Assembly: GCA_965197475.1 (NCBI GenBank)
Contig: CBDANF010000003.1
Location: 928,001-992,000, forward strand
Reading direction: 5' to 3'
Length of the DNA stretch: 64,000 bases
From: Candidatus Poribacteria bacterium
Lineage (GTDB): Bacteria > Poribacteria > WGA-4E > WGA-3G
Of the stretch, positions 1 through 10,415 are shown in pieces. The translations under genes and the position numbers were made by a program. Position 1 is the stretch's first letter, and the number at the start of each line of letters is the position of its first letter. The notes under the pieces were generated by a model that saw only the letters and a program-made list of their open reading frames with translations, was not told where the DNA came from and ran no database searches.

Positions 1-870
1 AGATCAGATATCCTGCACCAAGTCCCCCAGCAAGAGTCAACAGTCTACTGGGTGAAAACCAACTACCACCACTCGTTCGATTCATCCCTTTTTTAATTTC
101 CTTTGCTTTTCCCTTAGAACTTCTCGGCAAGTTCTCAATAGTTTTGTCACCTCCTCCAATTTTCCATCCAGGGCTTTCCGCTGTGGGCGGATACACGTTT
201 ATGTGATTTCCATCTGGGAAGGTAACATCATAATGGGGACCACCATGGCCTGAAGGGTCTTTTTTCCATATTTCTTCGTGTTCACCCTTTGCACCACCCC
301 CCTTGTGTCTGGCAGGCCCCCGGTCAGGCTCCCTGTACCCTGAGTCTCTTGGTGGTATGCGTGTGAGTTCCACGACTTGTGCGTTATTGCCAGAAACAAC
401 CTGATTCCCCAAAGCTAACACGTAGAAAGCCCATTCAACATCTCTACTATATGTGATGTTAAACTCATTTGTATCTTCACAGTATGTCACGGACTCAATG
501 GGAACCGTGAATTCGTCGTAAACTGTCACGGTGTAAGAGTCCGAGTCTGAATCTATCGGCACTGTCGGATCTTCCTGACCATCAACAGGGAAAACCTCTG
601 CTGTGATCTCGTACGCGTCGCCTATTGCACTACCACTGTTGAATATATATTCAAAATAAGAGGTCGTGTCTGTTCCATTACCGTAGTCTGTGTATGCCAA
701 CGTTCCAAATCCGGATTCACACGGACTTTTTACATACCAGAAAACAACTCTATAAGGTTGGTTAAATGAAGCTTGACTGTATTGCGTAGTACCTGAGATA
801 ATTGTGGTTAACCCTCCTGAACTTTGGCCAACGTAATCTACGGTGATCGCCGCATCAACGGCGGCGGAAA
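1..870 (-). pseudogene. 5'-truncated putative polymorphic toxin with Ntox37-like (BECR RNase) motif; runs off the window edge
   Basis: Manual translation shows an uninterrupted frame from the IS630 end to base 1 (ISAAVDAAITVDYVGQ...VFWYVKSPCESGFGT...WKKDPSGHGGPHYDVTFPDGNHINVYPP...). No start codon is visible before the IS630 boundary. Confidence 0.6.
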
Positions 871-2028
871 TAATACCATTTCTGAATAATTATATTCCAT
901 TTGCGACTTTCGTGAAATATTTAAAATTTGTGATTTGAGCAATAGCTGCCTTCGTATACTTTCTCAAGATTTGTGTGATTTTGTCCTGCATTTCCTCTAT
1001 TGACCCCAATGTGTGCTGAAACAATTTGGCTTTGATGTCTTGCCAGAGTCTTTCGATCGGGTTCAACTCTGGACTATAAGGGGGTAGAAAAATCAAGGCG
1101 ATATTGTCAGGAAGTTGTAGCGATTTCGCCTGATGAAAACGACCATTATCAAGCACAAGGACATTTAGCGTCTTTGGAAAAGTCTTTGCTAACTCATCAA
1201 TGCATACTTGGAAACAGACACCATTGAGCCAGGGCATTTCAAGGAAGAAACTTTCTCCTGTTATCGGTTCCACAGCTCCGTATAGATAAAGGCTCTGGTA
1301 AGTGTGATCAACATTGGCAATCGGTTTAACACCGCGTAAGGTGGGATGCCGAGACGACACAGGCAAAAGACCACACCTTGACTCGTCTTGGCAAAAAAGT
1401 CGGACGCTTTGAAAAGAAGATGCCTTCTCCGAAATCACCTCCTCAACTTTGGTAGCGAAGTTAGCAACGAACGCATCACACGCTACATCGTTTTTTTATG
1501 ACTTTTGCGAGGCACTTTGAGTTTCGCATTCCATTTATACCGAACTAACGCATGAACTGTTTTATAGTGCATTTGGACACCGAAGGTTTCTTCAATATAA
1601 TCTGTTATCTGTTGATAACTGGAAAAACCTTCTGGTTTTTGAAGTTCCGCTCGCAGCAGCTCTTGTTGTTCTTTGGATAACCGAGGGGGACACCCCGGGG
1701 AATAATCACGATCCAAAAGCGCATCAAGTCCTTTAGTCTCATAAGTCACTATCCAGTGTCCAATCGTTTTTCGGCTGACACCTAACCTCTCAGCGACTTG
1801 CTTGCGAGTTATTGCTTGACCACTACGAAATAGGTAAAGGGCTGTCAATCTTTGCTTTTGATAACCTACTGATGTCTTTCTCAACAGCCTTTTCAACTCT
1901 GAAACACTTTCTGTAATCTCTGGAGGCTTTATGTGCATTGGTATCAATCCTATGATTTGTATAATTGGAAAAAGTATAGCAGAAATTGAAAACTTTTAAA
2001 AGGATAAATATATACAAGAAATGGTATA
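871..2028 (-). mobile_element. IS630-family insertion sequence
   Basis: Terminal inverted repeats ATACCATTTCT (873) / AGAAATGGTAT (ends 2027) with flanking TA; two-ORF transposase inside. Confidence 0.85.
890..1947 (-). CDS. IS630 transposase (orfA HTH 1483-1947 + orfB DDE 890-1438), probably joined by -1 frameshift
   Basis: orfB has FCQDESR, VLDNGRFH and LPPYSPELNPIERLW motifs. An A7 slippery run lies at 1491-1497 at the end of orfA. Confidence 0.9.
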
Positions 2029-2160
2029 AATAGATGTGTCAAATTTTGTCAATAGTCTGGAAAGAAAGTCCATTAGTTATTATAACATTTCGCCCTGATG
2101 GGGCTGCTCCCAAGATGTATTTCCCACAAGTTTTCAATTAGTTTTCGGTATAAACCACTC

Positions 2161-2195
2161 GTAGATTGGGTTGAACACCGTGAAACCCAATCTAC
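2161..2195 (+). repeat. GTAG-type REP palindrome related to the RAYT-flanking REPs at 40 kb
   Basis: GTAGATTGGGTTGAACACCGTGAAACCCAATCTAC versus GTAGGTTGGGTTGAGCTTGCGAAACCCAAC at 39991. Confidence 0.7.
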
Positions 2196-2198
2196 TTA

Positions 2199-3251
2199 CT
2201 AACGGAAACGTATTGAAGCCCCAGCCGTGAACTGCAATCGGTTTATGAGTTGTATCCCCGTTAGATTTTGATACACCGGTATCTGAATCTCAAACGCCAA
2301 ACGGTTCCGTTGAAAAGGCACTCCTGTAGGGATCATAAAATCAGTTGAAATAGCGATGTCAAGCTGCGTGTTGCCCTGGGAATCTATTTGGTGGATTGGA
2401 CTTCTGTTTTGATTCAACTCAGGATCGCTGCTGCTGAACGCCGCTTTGTGTGAAAATAGAAGCCTCCCTCCAAATTGGAACCAATTGTTTACGCGTTGTG
2501 TGCTCCAAGCGGTCACAGTGAAAGTGTTGCCATGCCGATATTTGCGCGCATTTTGATGTAAGGGTAAGGAACTGAGCAATTGACTACCATAGCTCCAGTC
2601 CTCTTTTGTGCCGAAAAGGGTGACACCCGGACGCGCTTCATAGGAACCACTACCCAGTTGCATTGGGTAAGGTAACACCTCCCCGTCATCTCCCGTTTCT
2701 GCGATACTCCCAGTTGGTAATGAAATACCGATGTTTCCGGTGAGCGTAAAGTACTCTTTTTTTAATAGCGTGAGCAGCGCGTCAAATTTGACATCGCCAA
2801 AACCTTCACTGTCTCTATTATATATCCCGACAGGCTGTTTTTGATGGCCTCCTTGTTGCTGATATGAACCTTCCATCTGCATGATGTGCTCATGATAATT
2901 CATTATCGCCATCAAAGTAATATGATCATGCGGGACGTAGATGGCACTGTACATCTGTGTTGACGTAATCATATGCTTTGGTGCCAGCATATAATCTTGT
3001 AGCACATCTGCTGTTTCAAGCGTATCTGTGCCAGACTGCAATGCCTGCAAACCTATCACCGTGCCTCGGTAGCTGAACATTGCATCACCTGCTTTATGTC
3101 CATGGTCGGCTATTACACCAATAGGTGCGTTCCCATCAAGGCGAGGTGTTGAGGTATCCGCGAAAGTGACAGACAACGTGAGTAGAAAAAGGGTAATGCT
3201 GAGTGTTATTCCCAAAACATTTGGTTGCCAACGAAACTTTTTAAATAACAT
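2199..3251 (-). CDS. Putative outer-membrane 'transporter' family beta-barrel protein (MetA-pathway-like)
   Basis: Signal peptide, APIGVIADHGHKAG, GFGDVK, GISLPTGS and YPMQLGSGS motifs, and a C-terminal aromatic residue. Confidence 0.7.
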   Translation of the reverse strand: MLFKKFRWQPNVLGITLSITLFLLTLSVTFADTSTPRLDGNAPIGVIADHGHKAGDAMFSYRGTVIGLQALQSGTDTLETADVLQDYMLAPKHMITSTQMYSAIYVPHDHITLMAIMNYHEHIMQMEGSYQQQGGHQKQPVGIYNRDSEGFGDVKFDALLTLLKKEYFTLTGNIGISLPTGSIAETGDDGEVLPYPMQLGSGSYEARPGVTLFGTKEDWSYGSQLLSSLPLHQNARKYRHGNTFTVTAWSTQRVNNWFQFGGRLLFSHKAAFSSSDPELNQNRSPIHQIDSQGNTQLDIAISTDFMIPTGVPFQRNRLAFEIQIPVYQNLTGIQLINRLQFTAGASIRFR

Positions 3252-3261
3252 AATAATCTCC

Positions 3262-3303
3262 TCATTTAGTTCAAATACCCGCGTGGGGATTTGAACTAAA
3301 TGA
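3262..3303 (-). promoter_or_regulatory. Perfect 15-bp-stem hairpin abutting the RBS of the transporter gene
   Basis: TCATTTAGTTCAAAT-N12-ATTTGAACTAAATGA, directly followed on the minus strand by GGAG and ATG; no U-tract. Confidence 0.55.
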
Positions 3304-3377
3304 CGAAAGAACTAATGGAAAGCCTGCACTTGAACTACAACTTTAGTCCAAACACAAGCTTCTGAATTATCCTGAAT

Positions 3378-4826
3378 TTAGAATATTCCGTCAATCACTT
3401 CACCTTTGACCAACTCACGTGGTTGTTCTAAGTGATTCAGCACGATAGTGTGCGGGTCAATACCGAGCGTATGGTAAATCGTAGCGAGGATATCTCGCGG
3501 ATGCACAGGTTTTTCAAGCGGTGTTGAACCCGTAGCATCAGACTTACCGTAAACCTGACCACCTTTGACACCCGCACCAGCGATTAGACCGGTATAACAA
3601 TAGGGCCAGTGGTCACGTCCATCAGGTGCGTTACCATTACCAGAGGTACTAATACCCATTCGTGGTGAGCGACCAAATTCACCGATAGCAAGCACAAGCG
3701 TTTCCTCTAACATGCCGCGCTGATCTAAATCTTCAAGCAGTGAAGAAACCGCACTATCTAACTTGGGACAGTGTAGGTTTTTCAGTGGGCCGAAGTTCGC
3801 TGCATGCGTATCCCATGCCGTTTCATTCGGGTTGCCGTTTGCAACAGAGGGCCAGTTCACCTGTACGAAACGGGTGCCTGCTTCAACCAGTCGGCGTGCA
3901 AGGAGCGCGCTCTGACCAAATGTATGGCGACCGTATTTGTCACGCATTTCATCAGGTTCCTGCGACAAATCAAACGCATTACGTGCTTTCTGAGACAAAA
4001 TGAGATTATACGCTTTTTCATAATACTCGTTCAGCGCGTAAGAATCAGCCACTTTGTCAATTTCTGGCATATTGGCGTTAATCGTTTCAAGTAGCGTTTT
4101 GCGACGCTGTAACCGAGCAGGCGGAATTTCTGGACGTAGCGTCAAATCATCAAGTTTTATCTCTTTATTGGGGTCCTGGAAAAGAAAATATGGGTCATAA
4201 GCTCTGCCGAGGAAACCCGCATTTCCGCCTTTACCGATGATACCACTCTCCTGCATTGGACGCGGGAGTTGGACAGCTGCTAACATCGGTTCATCTGGCG
4301 GTCTGAACTTAGCGATATGTGCTGCAGCATTTGGATGATCTGCAGGAGACGGTGGGTCAAGTTGTCCCGAAGGTGCAACCTTGTCCGGTGTTTCACCTGT
4401 AACCATCTGATACATCGCAGCGGTGTGATTGAAAAGTCCAGCTGGCGTATAACTTACTGAACGGATAAGACATGCTTTATCCATCTGTTTCGCTAAACGC
4501 GGCATCGTCTCTGACAACTGAATACCGGGAACATTCGTTGGAATAGGATTAAATTCACCACGGATATTAGACGGAGCATCCGGCTTTGGATCCCAGATAT
4601 CAATGTGACTCGGTCCGCCTTGCAAAAAGAGCAGAATGACAGAATTTGCTTTGCCCCAACCGTTTAGAGGCATCGCGGGGTCAACTGTCGTGCTTGCCTT
4701 GGCTTGGAGTGACAATACTTGTGGCAGGCTAATGCCCAGCATCGCCGCGCCACCCACGCGGAGAAATTCCCGACGTGAGAACCCATCACATAATCTTCCG
4801 GGTGCTTGTGGTAACGAAATCATCAA
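3378..4826 (-). CDS. DUF1501 domain protein (Tat signal)
   Basis: SRREFLRVGG Tat motif, GGPSHIDIWDPKP, ARRLVEAG, WDTH, GEFGRSP and GRDHW. Confidence 0.9.
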   Translation of the reverse strand: MMISLPQAPGRLCDGFSRREFLRVGGAAMLGISLPQVLSLQAKASTTVDPAMPLNGWGKANSVILLFLQGGPSHIDIWDPKPDAPSNIRGEFNPIPTNVPGIQLSETMPRLAKQMDKACLIRSVSYTPAGLFNHTAAMYQMVTGETPDKVAPSGQLDPPSPADHPNAAAHIAKFRPPDEPMLAAVQLPRPMQESGIIGKGGNAGFLGRAYDPYFLFQDPNKEIKLDDLTLRPEIPPARLQRRKTLLETINANMPEIDKVADSYALNEYYEKAYNLILSQKARNAFDLSQEPDEMRDKYGRHTFGQSALLARRLVEAGTRFVQVNWPSVANGNPNETAWDTHAANFGPLKNLHCPKLDSAVSSLLEDLDQRGMLEETLVLAIGEFGRSPRMGISTSGNGNAPDGRDHWPYCYTGLIAGAGVKGGQVYGKSDATGSTPLEKPVHPRDILATIYHTLGIDPHTIVLNHLEQPRELVKGEVIDGIF

Positions 4827-4934
4827 TTATTTCCTCCATTATTACTGTGCTAACTTCCGATCTGGTTCACCAATCCATCCTTTGTAGCAGAGGTGACAAC
4901 CAAAGAAAACGGAGCGCACAAATCGGTTTCGGGC

Positions 4935-7424
4935 TTAACGGTTAAATAAAAACGCGGGACTATTGATTAATGCCCACAATAAATCTTGCGCGCCTTCCTC
5001 TTTCGATTCAGCTTTTGCAAGATGTTCAACCGCTGTCGTATATTCATTTTCCTCCGGTAACCGAGCAAATGTTGCAAGGTACAACTCTTCAACAAGGACA
5101 CGGTCGTCCTTATTGTCTTTGAGGAGTTTTGCAATTCGTCCATTTGGATCAATAATTGCATTCGCAACTGTCGGACCGTTAATAAGGTTCATTGCGTGTG
5201 CCAGGCTTACCTCCGTTGTCCGTTCACATTCACATGAACTTTCACGTTCTGGACGACCGAACAATTTCAAAAATCCATCATCCTTTACTCTGCTGTCCGG
5301 TAATTGTACAGCACGGAAGTTTTTCGGCACACCCTGAAACTTCGGTTGACTTCCCGTAGCAACACCGATAGCATCTAACAACTGTTCAGCTGTCAAACGT
5401 CGTGCGGTTGCGTGTGAGAAATTAATCGTATCCTCTTTGTTCCACTTGTTGGTCTTGATACTCTGTTGATAGGTGCGAGAACGGGCAAGTGTTTTCATGA
5501 TATGTTTCATGTCAAACCCGCTGTCCACGAAATCTTTCGTCAGCGCATCAAGCAAATCCGGATTACTGGGTGGGTTGCTTGTCCGTATATCATCAACCGG
5601 TTCAATGATACCGCGCCCCATGAAATAACTCCATATACGATTTGCACCTGCTTTTGCGAACATAGGATTCTCAGATGATGTGAGCCATTCAGCAAGAGAT
5701 TCACGTTGATCAGCAGCATCTTTCTGGACTTCGCCAAATGGAACAGATGGATTAACAACAGCTAACGTTCTCGGATGTTTAACCGGACTCGGACTAAAAC
5801 TAGCGTATACGATTTCATCACCCGGTAAACGTCCGTTTTTCAGCTTGACACCTGAGAAAAATGCGCCTAATTCGTAATACTGATTTTGCGTCCATACCTC
5901 AAACGGATGGTCATGACATTTATTACAGGCGAATCGAACGCCAAGGAAAAGTTGCGTCGTATTTTCCACAGCCGCAGTATATTCGCGCGAGACACGGAAA
6001 TAATTTGCTGCAGGATTGGCATAAGTACTGCCAGTAGCAGTAATCAGGTCATGCACAAATTGGTTATAGGGTCGATTTTTTGCAATTGACTCATGTATCC
6101 ATTCTTGGAAAAGCCACATGCCGCGTTCACCGAGGAATTTACGGTTCGATTGCAATAGGTCACCCCATTTATGTGTCCAATGGTCAACATATTCGGGTGT
6201 TTCGACCAGTATATCAATCAATTTTTCTCGCTTTTCCTTGGCAGGTGTTTTATCCGCAAGGAAACTCCGTACCTGTGCAGGATCTGGTGGAAGTCCTGTC
6301 ATATCGAAATAAATCCTACGAACGAACTCTTCATCTGTGCAAAGTTCAGATGGTAGAATCTTCAGTCGCTTCAGTTTGTTATGGACATGCGTATCAATGT
6401 AGTTGTATTCTGGTGTTTTAACCCATTCGTAACCACTCCGATCACCCATAACGATGATGCCGTTTGTGCTATATGCTCCCTCATATCGGGTTAGGATAGC
6501 GGTTTCTCCGCGGCGTTCTGCAGTTACCATACCGTCACCAGTTATTTTCGCAACTTCGTTGACACTACTGGTGAATTTTGCTTCACGGGTAACATCACGG
6601 GTCGTTCCATCTGGATAATGGGCAATTACCAACATTTGTTGTTTCGTCCCCGGCATAGACAATTCAGCGGATTCTGGAAACACCTCTAAGCTCTCAACAC
6701 GTTGGGTAGTTTCTACATCAGAGACAACCCCTTCACTTATCCACTGATGAATGAGATTGTAATCACGCGAATCCGGGACAATCACCTGACCCCCTTTGTG
6801 TGGCACTTCAGATGTTGTTTTGAGCAACATTAAACTCTGTTCGGGGAACGCACGATTAAACCGCCGTCCAGATATATCTTCAATCAGGAGTTCATAGTCA
6901 AAATCTGGATCGTAACCGCGCAGTGAAAGTTTGAAACCGTTTTTGCCTTTTGCAGAACCGTGGCAGGTGCCGCTATTACAACCGGCATGGCTTAGAATGG
7001 GCATCACATCTCGCACAAAACTCACTGGCGGTGCGTCAACGCTTGCAACGTTCACCGGTAATTCTGTGCTGATGCCTTTCACTGTAACCTTAATTGTTGC
7101 AGGACCAACTGAATTCGGAAAGATGTAACCATCTTCAAGCACCTTTACCCCTTCTGAGGTAGGTTTGAGAACTGCCGAAGACGTAACATCAACCCATTTT
7201 CCATCTTTAGTTTGCCCCGAAACAAGCACACGGCGACCATCGCGCGCATGCTCTAACGTCAACGACTCCGGGTGAGTCTTCAACGCTTTAATTTCAGGAA
7301 TGTCTACACTCGGTACAGCTTCCTCCATCTGGCTCCAACTTGAATGTTGAAATACCAAACAGCAGAAAAATACGATAAGGAGTGTAACAACCAAGTTATA
7401 CCTGAGTTTCACATTAACCTCCAA
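4935..7424 (-). CDS. DUF1549/DUF1553 planctomycete cytochrome-like protein with Ig-like (Big_2) domains
   Basis: GCNSGTCHG, FKLSLRGYDP, CNKCHDHPFE, NPPSNPDLLDAL, FGRPERESSCECER and WALINSPAFLFNR. Confidence 0.9.
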   Translation of the reverse strand: MEVNVKLRYNLVVTLLIVFFCCLVFQHSSWSQMEEAVPSVDIPEIKALKTHPESLTLEHARDGRRVLVSGQTKDGKWVDVTSSAVLKPTSEGVKVLEDGYIFPNSVGPATIKVTVKGISTELPVNVASVDAPPVSFVRDVMPILSHAGCNSGTCHGSAKGKNGFKLSLRGYDPDFDYELLIEDISGRRFNRAFPEQSLMLLKTTSEVPHKGGQVIVPDSRDYNLIHQWISEGVVSDVETTQRVESLEVFPESAELSMPGTKQQMLVIAHYPDGTTRDVTREAKFTSSVNEVAKITGDGMVTAERRGETAILTRYEGAYSTNGIIVMGDRSGYEWVKTPEYNYIDTHVHNKLKRLKILPSELCTDEEFVRRIYFDMTGLPPDPAQVRSFLADKTPAKEKREKLIDILVETPEYVDHWTHKWGDLLQSNRKFLGERGMWLFQEWIHESIAKNRPYNQFVHDLITATGSTYANPAANYFRVSREYTAAVENTTQLFLGVRFACNKCHDHPFEVWTQNQYYELGAFFSGVKLKNGRLPGDEIVYASFSPSPVKHPRTLAVVNPSVPFGEVQKDAADQRESLAEWLTSSENPMFAKAGANRIWSYFMGRGIIEPVDDIRTSNPPSNPDLLDALTKDFVDSGFDMKHIMKTLARSRTYQQSIKTNKWNKEDTINFSHATARRLTAEQLLDAIGVATGSQPKFQGVPKNFRAVQLPDSRVKDDGFLKLFGRPERESSCECERTTEVSLAHAMNLINGPTVANAIIDPNGRIAKLLKDNKDDRVLVEELYLATFARLPEENEYTTAVEHLAKAESKEEGAQDLLWALINSPAFLFNR

Positions 7425-7492
7425 ATGTGCTATGAAACTTAACGTAGCGGTGTAATCCGCTCTATTTACTTTTTACTTCTGATTTTGGTTTT

Positions 7493-8314
7493 TTACCTCT
7501 GGTTTTTCAAGTTTCCCCACATTATCGGCAACTTGCCGTATGAGGATACATCTAAATATTTCGATTCACTCACTAACCAATCAATAACGTTTTCTGTAAG
7601 TTGCTCTAACTGGTCAATATCTTTATTATTCGCGTGGTAGTTTGGAAGTCGCCAATTCATGTTGAATACCTTGCCTTTTCCTGCTTTCCAATAACCGAAA
7701 GCTGCAATACCATCACCCCAATCGTTCGCTGGGGGACCCTAAGCGTTGGCAAGCGTAATAAAATTCTTCCAAAGTTTGTTGTAATAGTCACCAGTATTCG
7801 GATATCCAGTCGAATTAACCTGAATCCTATCACCAAGTTTCGGTGTGTCTCCATCAATATTCTTTAGACCGTCAACTAATTTGTGGTCAAGTGTCTCTTG
7901 GAGTACGGTAATGCCGACGTTCTGTCCATCGTCTAGTACAGGCGGAAACCCACGCGGTTGAGCATCTTCCAACCCCATCGGTGTAGCATAACGAATAGCC
8001 CATGCTGTCAACAATACTGCACCGTCGCTTTCAGCGTAGTCCAAAAACGCATCAATTTCTGCAGCGGACAATGCACCCGGATCGGTATCTCCTTCGTGCC
8101 ACCACACAACGGCAAACTTTTTGAACGTTGTACTCTTAAGGTCGTTTTTAGCCAATTCTGTCGTCTTATATGTCTCTTTTGCGAAATCCAGTGCAGGCGA
8201 AGTAAACGGTCCGTTATCTCCAAGATAGACAAAACCGACCTCTACTGCAGCATTTCCTATATTTAAACTACATAATACCATTAAAGTCAAGCAAAATACA
8301 AGTTTTCTATACAT
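7493..8314 (-). pseudogene. Secreted protein (DUF4960-like) with in-frame TAG at 7739-7741; frame continues to a Poribacteria-type C-terminal motif
   Basis: After LANA-TAG the same frame reads GPPANDWGDGIAAFGYW...DVSSYGKLPIMWGNLKNQR-TAA (7493). Confidence 0.7.
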
Positions 8315-8419
8315 CTTTCCTCCTAACTACGACAAACTTTGGTTTGCTTCATTTGGGAGATTCTCATTTCTGATTGAAATGGTGGGCAGAATGCACATAA
8401 GGCATTCTGCATGATTGGA

Positions 8420-8779
8420 TTATTTAGACACTATATAAAGCGTAATCACTGCAAGTACAAGACTCGAAATTGTGAGAATCATGCGGTAGTCGTCAACATC
8501 TGATCTGGTGTGCAGTCCTTTATTTTTTGTAGAAGATGTTTCAGGTGGTGAAGGTAGAATAACTCTATTAGACGAGGAACTTGTAGAAACCGTTGTCCGA
8601 ACTTTACGTACAAGCCGCATCTCCATGATGCCGGTATTCGGGTTTTCTACCAACTTCCATTCTTCCACAGTTGTATCTGATGCCATTATTGGAACTTGTT
8701 CCGTAGAAATTGTATGTGTTGTGCCTGAACAACCATAAAGAAATATTAACGCAAGCACGATACCTGTGCAATAACACAC
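8420..8779 (-). CDS. Hypothetical lipoprotein/membrane protein
   Basis: Lipobox-like LYGC and a C-terminal hydrophobic helix. Confidence 0.55.
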   Translation of the reverse strand: MCYCTGIVLALIFLYGCSGTTHTISTEQVPIMASDTTVEEWKLVENPNTGIMEMRLVRKVRTTVSTSSSSNRVILPSPPETSSTKNKGLHTRSDVDDYRMILTISSLVLAVITLYIVSK

Positions 8780-8884
8780 TATTAAGGATGTTACCGTGTC
8801 TGATCTTTTTCATTTTGGTACTCCCGTTTCTTAATTATCACACTTTATACAAAATGAGCAACTATTTTTATGAGATAGACTCTA

Positions 8885-10339
8885 TTACATCGGTCCAACG
8901 CGTTCAGGACCTCTGTCCATAGCAAATATTGACGCATCAAAACTTCTTTTTAACAAATCAAATTTAGTATCTTGCTTTTCTGACACATGCCATAGGTTGT
9001 TGAACTCATCCGGGTCATCAACCAAATCGTAGAGTTCTCCCTCTTCGTAACCGTGATATACTACCAATTTATAACGCTTATCCCGATACATCGTTGCGAA
9101 TGTGTGGTCACGCATGTCAAGCGCATTATAATATTCACACCGGACGAAGTCACGATGATGGTTTGCATCTGTTTCACCTCGGAGAATAGGCAATAATGAT
9201 CGTCCGTGCATCTGATCAGGGATAGGTAAACCCGCTAATTCCAACAGTGTCGGTGTTTTGTCAACAAGTTCAACGAGGGCGTTGCTTTCTAAACCGCTTA
9301 CAAAATGCCCTGGCAAGGAGAAAATCAACGGCACCCTGACTAATCCCTCATAAAACCGGCACCCTTTTTGTATAAGTCCATGATCTCCGAGTGTCTCACC
9401 GTGGTCGCTCGTGAAAATGATAACAGTGTTTTCACGTTGCCCTGTTTCATCCAAGACTTCCAGCATCCGACCTAACTGATCGTCAATCAGTTTTATCATT
9501 GCATAATATGCAGCCTTGAGTGTCTTGGCATCCCTTCCACCCACAATCTCAGCTTTAGTTTTAGTGCGCGGTGATCGTGGTAAGATCGGATCCCGTATGT
9601 CTAATTCATCTGGTGTTTGGACTTTCGACTGAAAATCAATTTGACGCAATCGGTGCTGCTGTTCTAAATCACTCTCCCTGAAAAGCGGTTCGGGCATGTC
9701 CGCAGGATTAAACTTTTCCCTATATGATTGTGGCGAATTGAACGGTGGATGCGGGTCATAGATATTAACACTCACAAGCCAAGGTCCGTCCCGTTCCTCG
9801 CGAATGAACTCAATCGTCTTTTCTGCACACCAAGTCGTTTGGTGTAATTCTGGTGGAACGCCCTCCGGATTCCTATTTAACTCACCAAGTGTATACCCTT
9901 TTGAACGAACCCAATCTGCGTAGTCGTGACCTTCCTCCCAGTCATCTCGTGGTGCGTGACTATACTGCCAATATTGATAACCGTCGTTTGCACGTGGTTC
10001 TACTCGGCGAAAAGCACTTGCAAGGTGAAGTTTGCCAATTAAGCCACAATCATAACCGATGTCCGCAAGTATACGCGTTACAAGCGGAAATGTGTCTGGA
10101 AAATAATCGTTCCCGTTACCATTAACATGTGTAGCATTCGGATACATGCCTGTCAAAAAACTCACACGACTCGGAGTGCAAATAGGGCTTTGACAATACG
10201 CATGTGTAAATGCTACGCCTTCTGCAACCAAACTATCAATATTTGGTGTTGACACATGCGGATTGCCTAACGCGCCTATCGTGTCATAACGTTGTTGATC
10301 AGTGCAAATCCATAGGATATTCGGATGTTGAATAGACAT
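8885..10339 (-). CDS. Sulfatase (formylglycine-dependent, Cys-type)
   Basis: PNILWICTDQQR, CTPSR signature, GKLH and SDHG. Confidence 0.92.
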   Translation of the reverse strand: MSIQHPNILWICTDQQRYDTIGALGNPHVSTPNIDSLVAEGVAFTHAYCQSPICTPSRVSFLTGMYPNATHVNGNGNDYFPDTFPLVTRILADIGYDCGLIGKLHLASAFRRVEPRANDGYQYWQYSHAPRDDWEEGHDYADWVRSKGYTLGELNRNPEGVPPELHQTTWCAEKTIEFIREERDGPWLVSVNIYDPHPPFNSPQSYREKFNPADMPEPLFRESDLEQQHRLRQIDFQSKVQTPDELDIRDPILPRSPRTKTKAEIVGGRDAKTLKAAYYAMIKLIDDQLGRMLEVLDETGQRENTVIIFTSDHGETLGDHGLIQKGCRFYEGLVRVPLIFSLPGHFVSGLESNALVELVDKTPTLLELAGLPIPDQMHGRSLLPILRGETDANHHRDFVRCEYYNALDMRDHTFATMYRDKRYKLVVYHGYEEGELYDLVDDPDEFNNLWHVSEKQDTKFDLLKRSFDASIFAMDRGPERVGPM

Positions 10340-10415
10340 ATATTGTCCTATTTCAGGGCAATCTTTATATCGGGTTTACAAAACCCTCCTACAAGAAAAG
10401 ATAGCGGAACTCACA

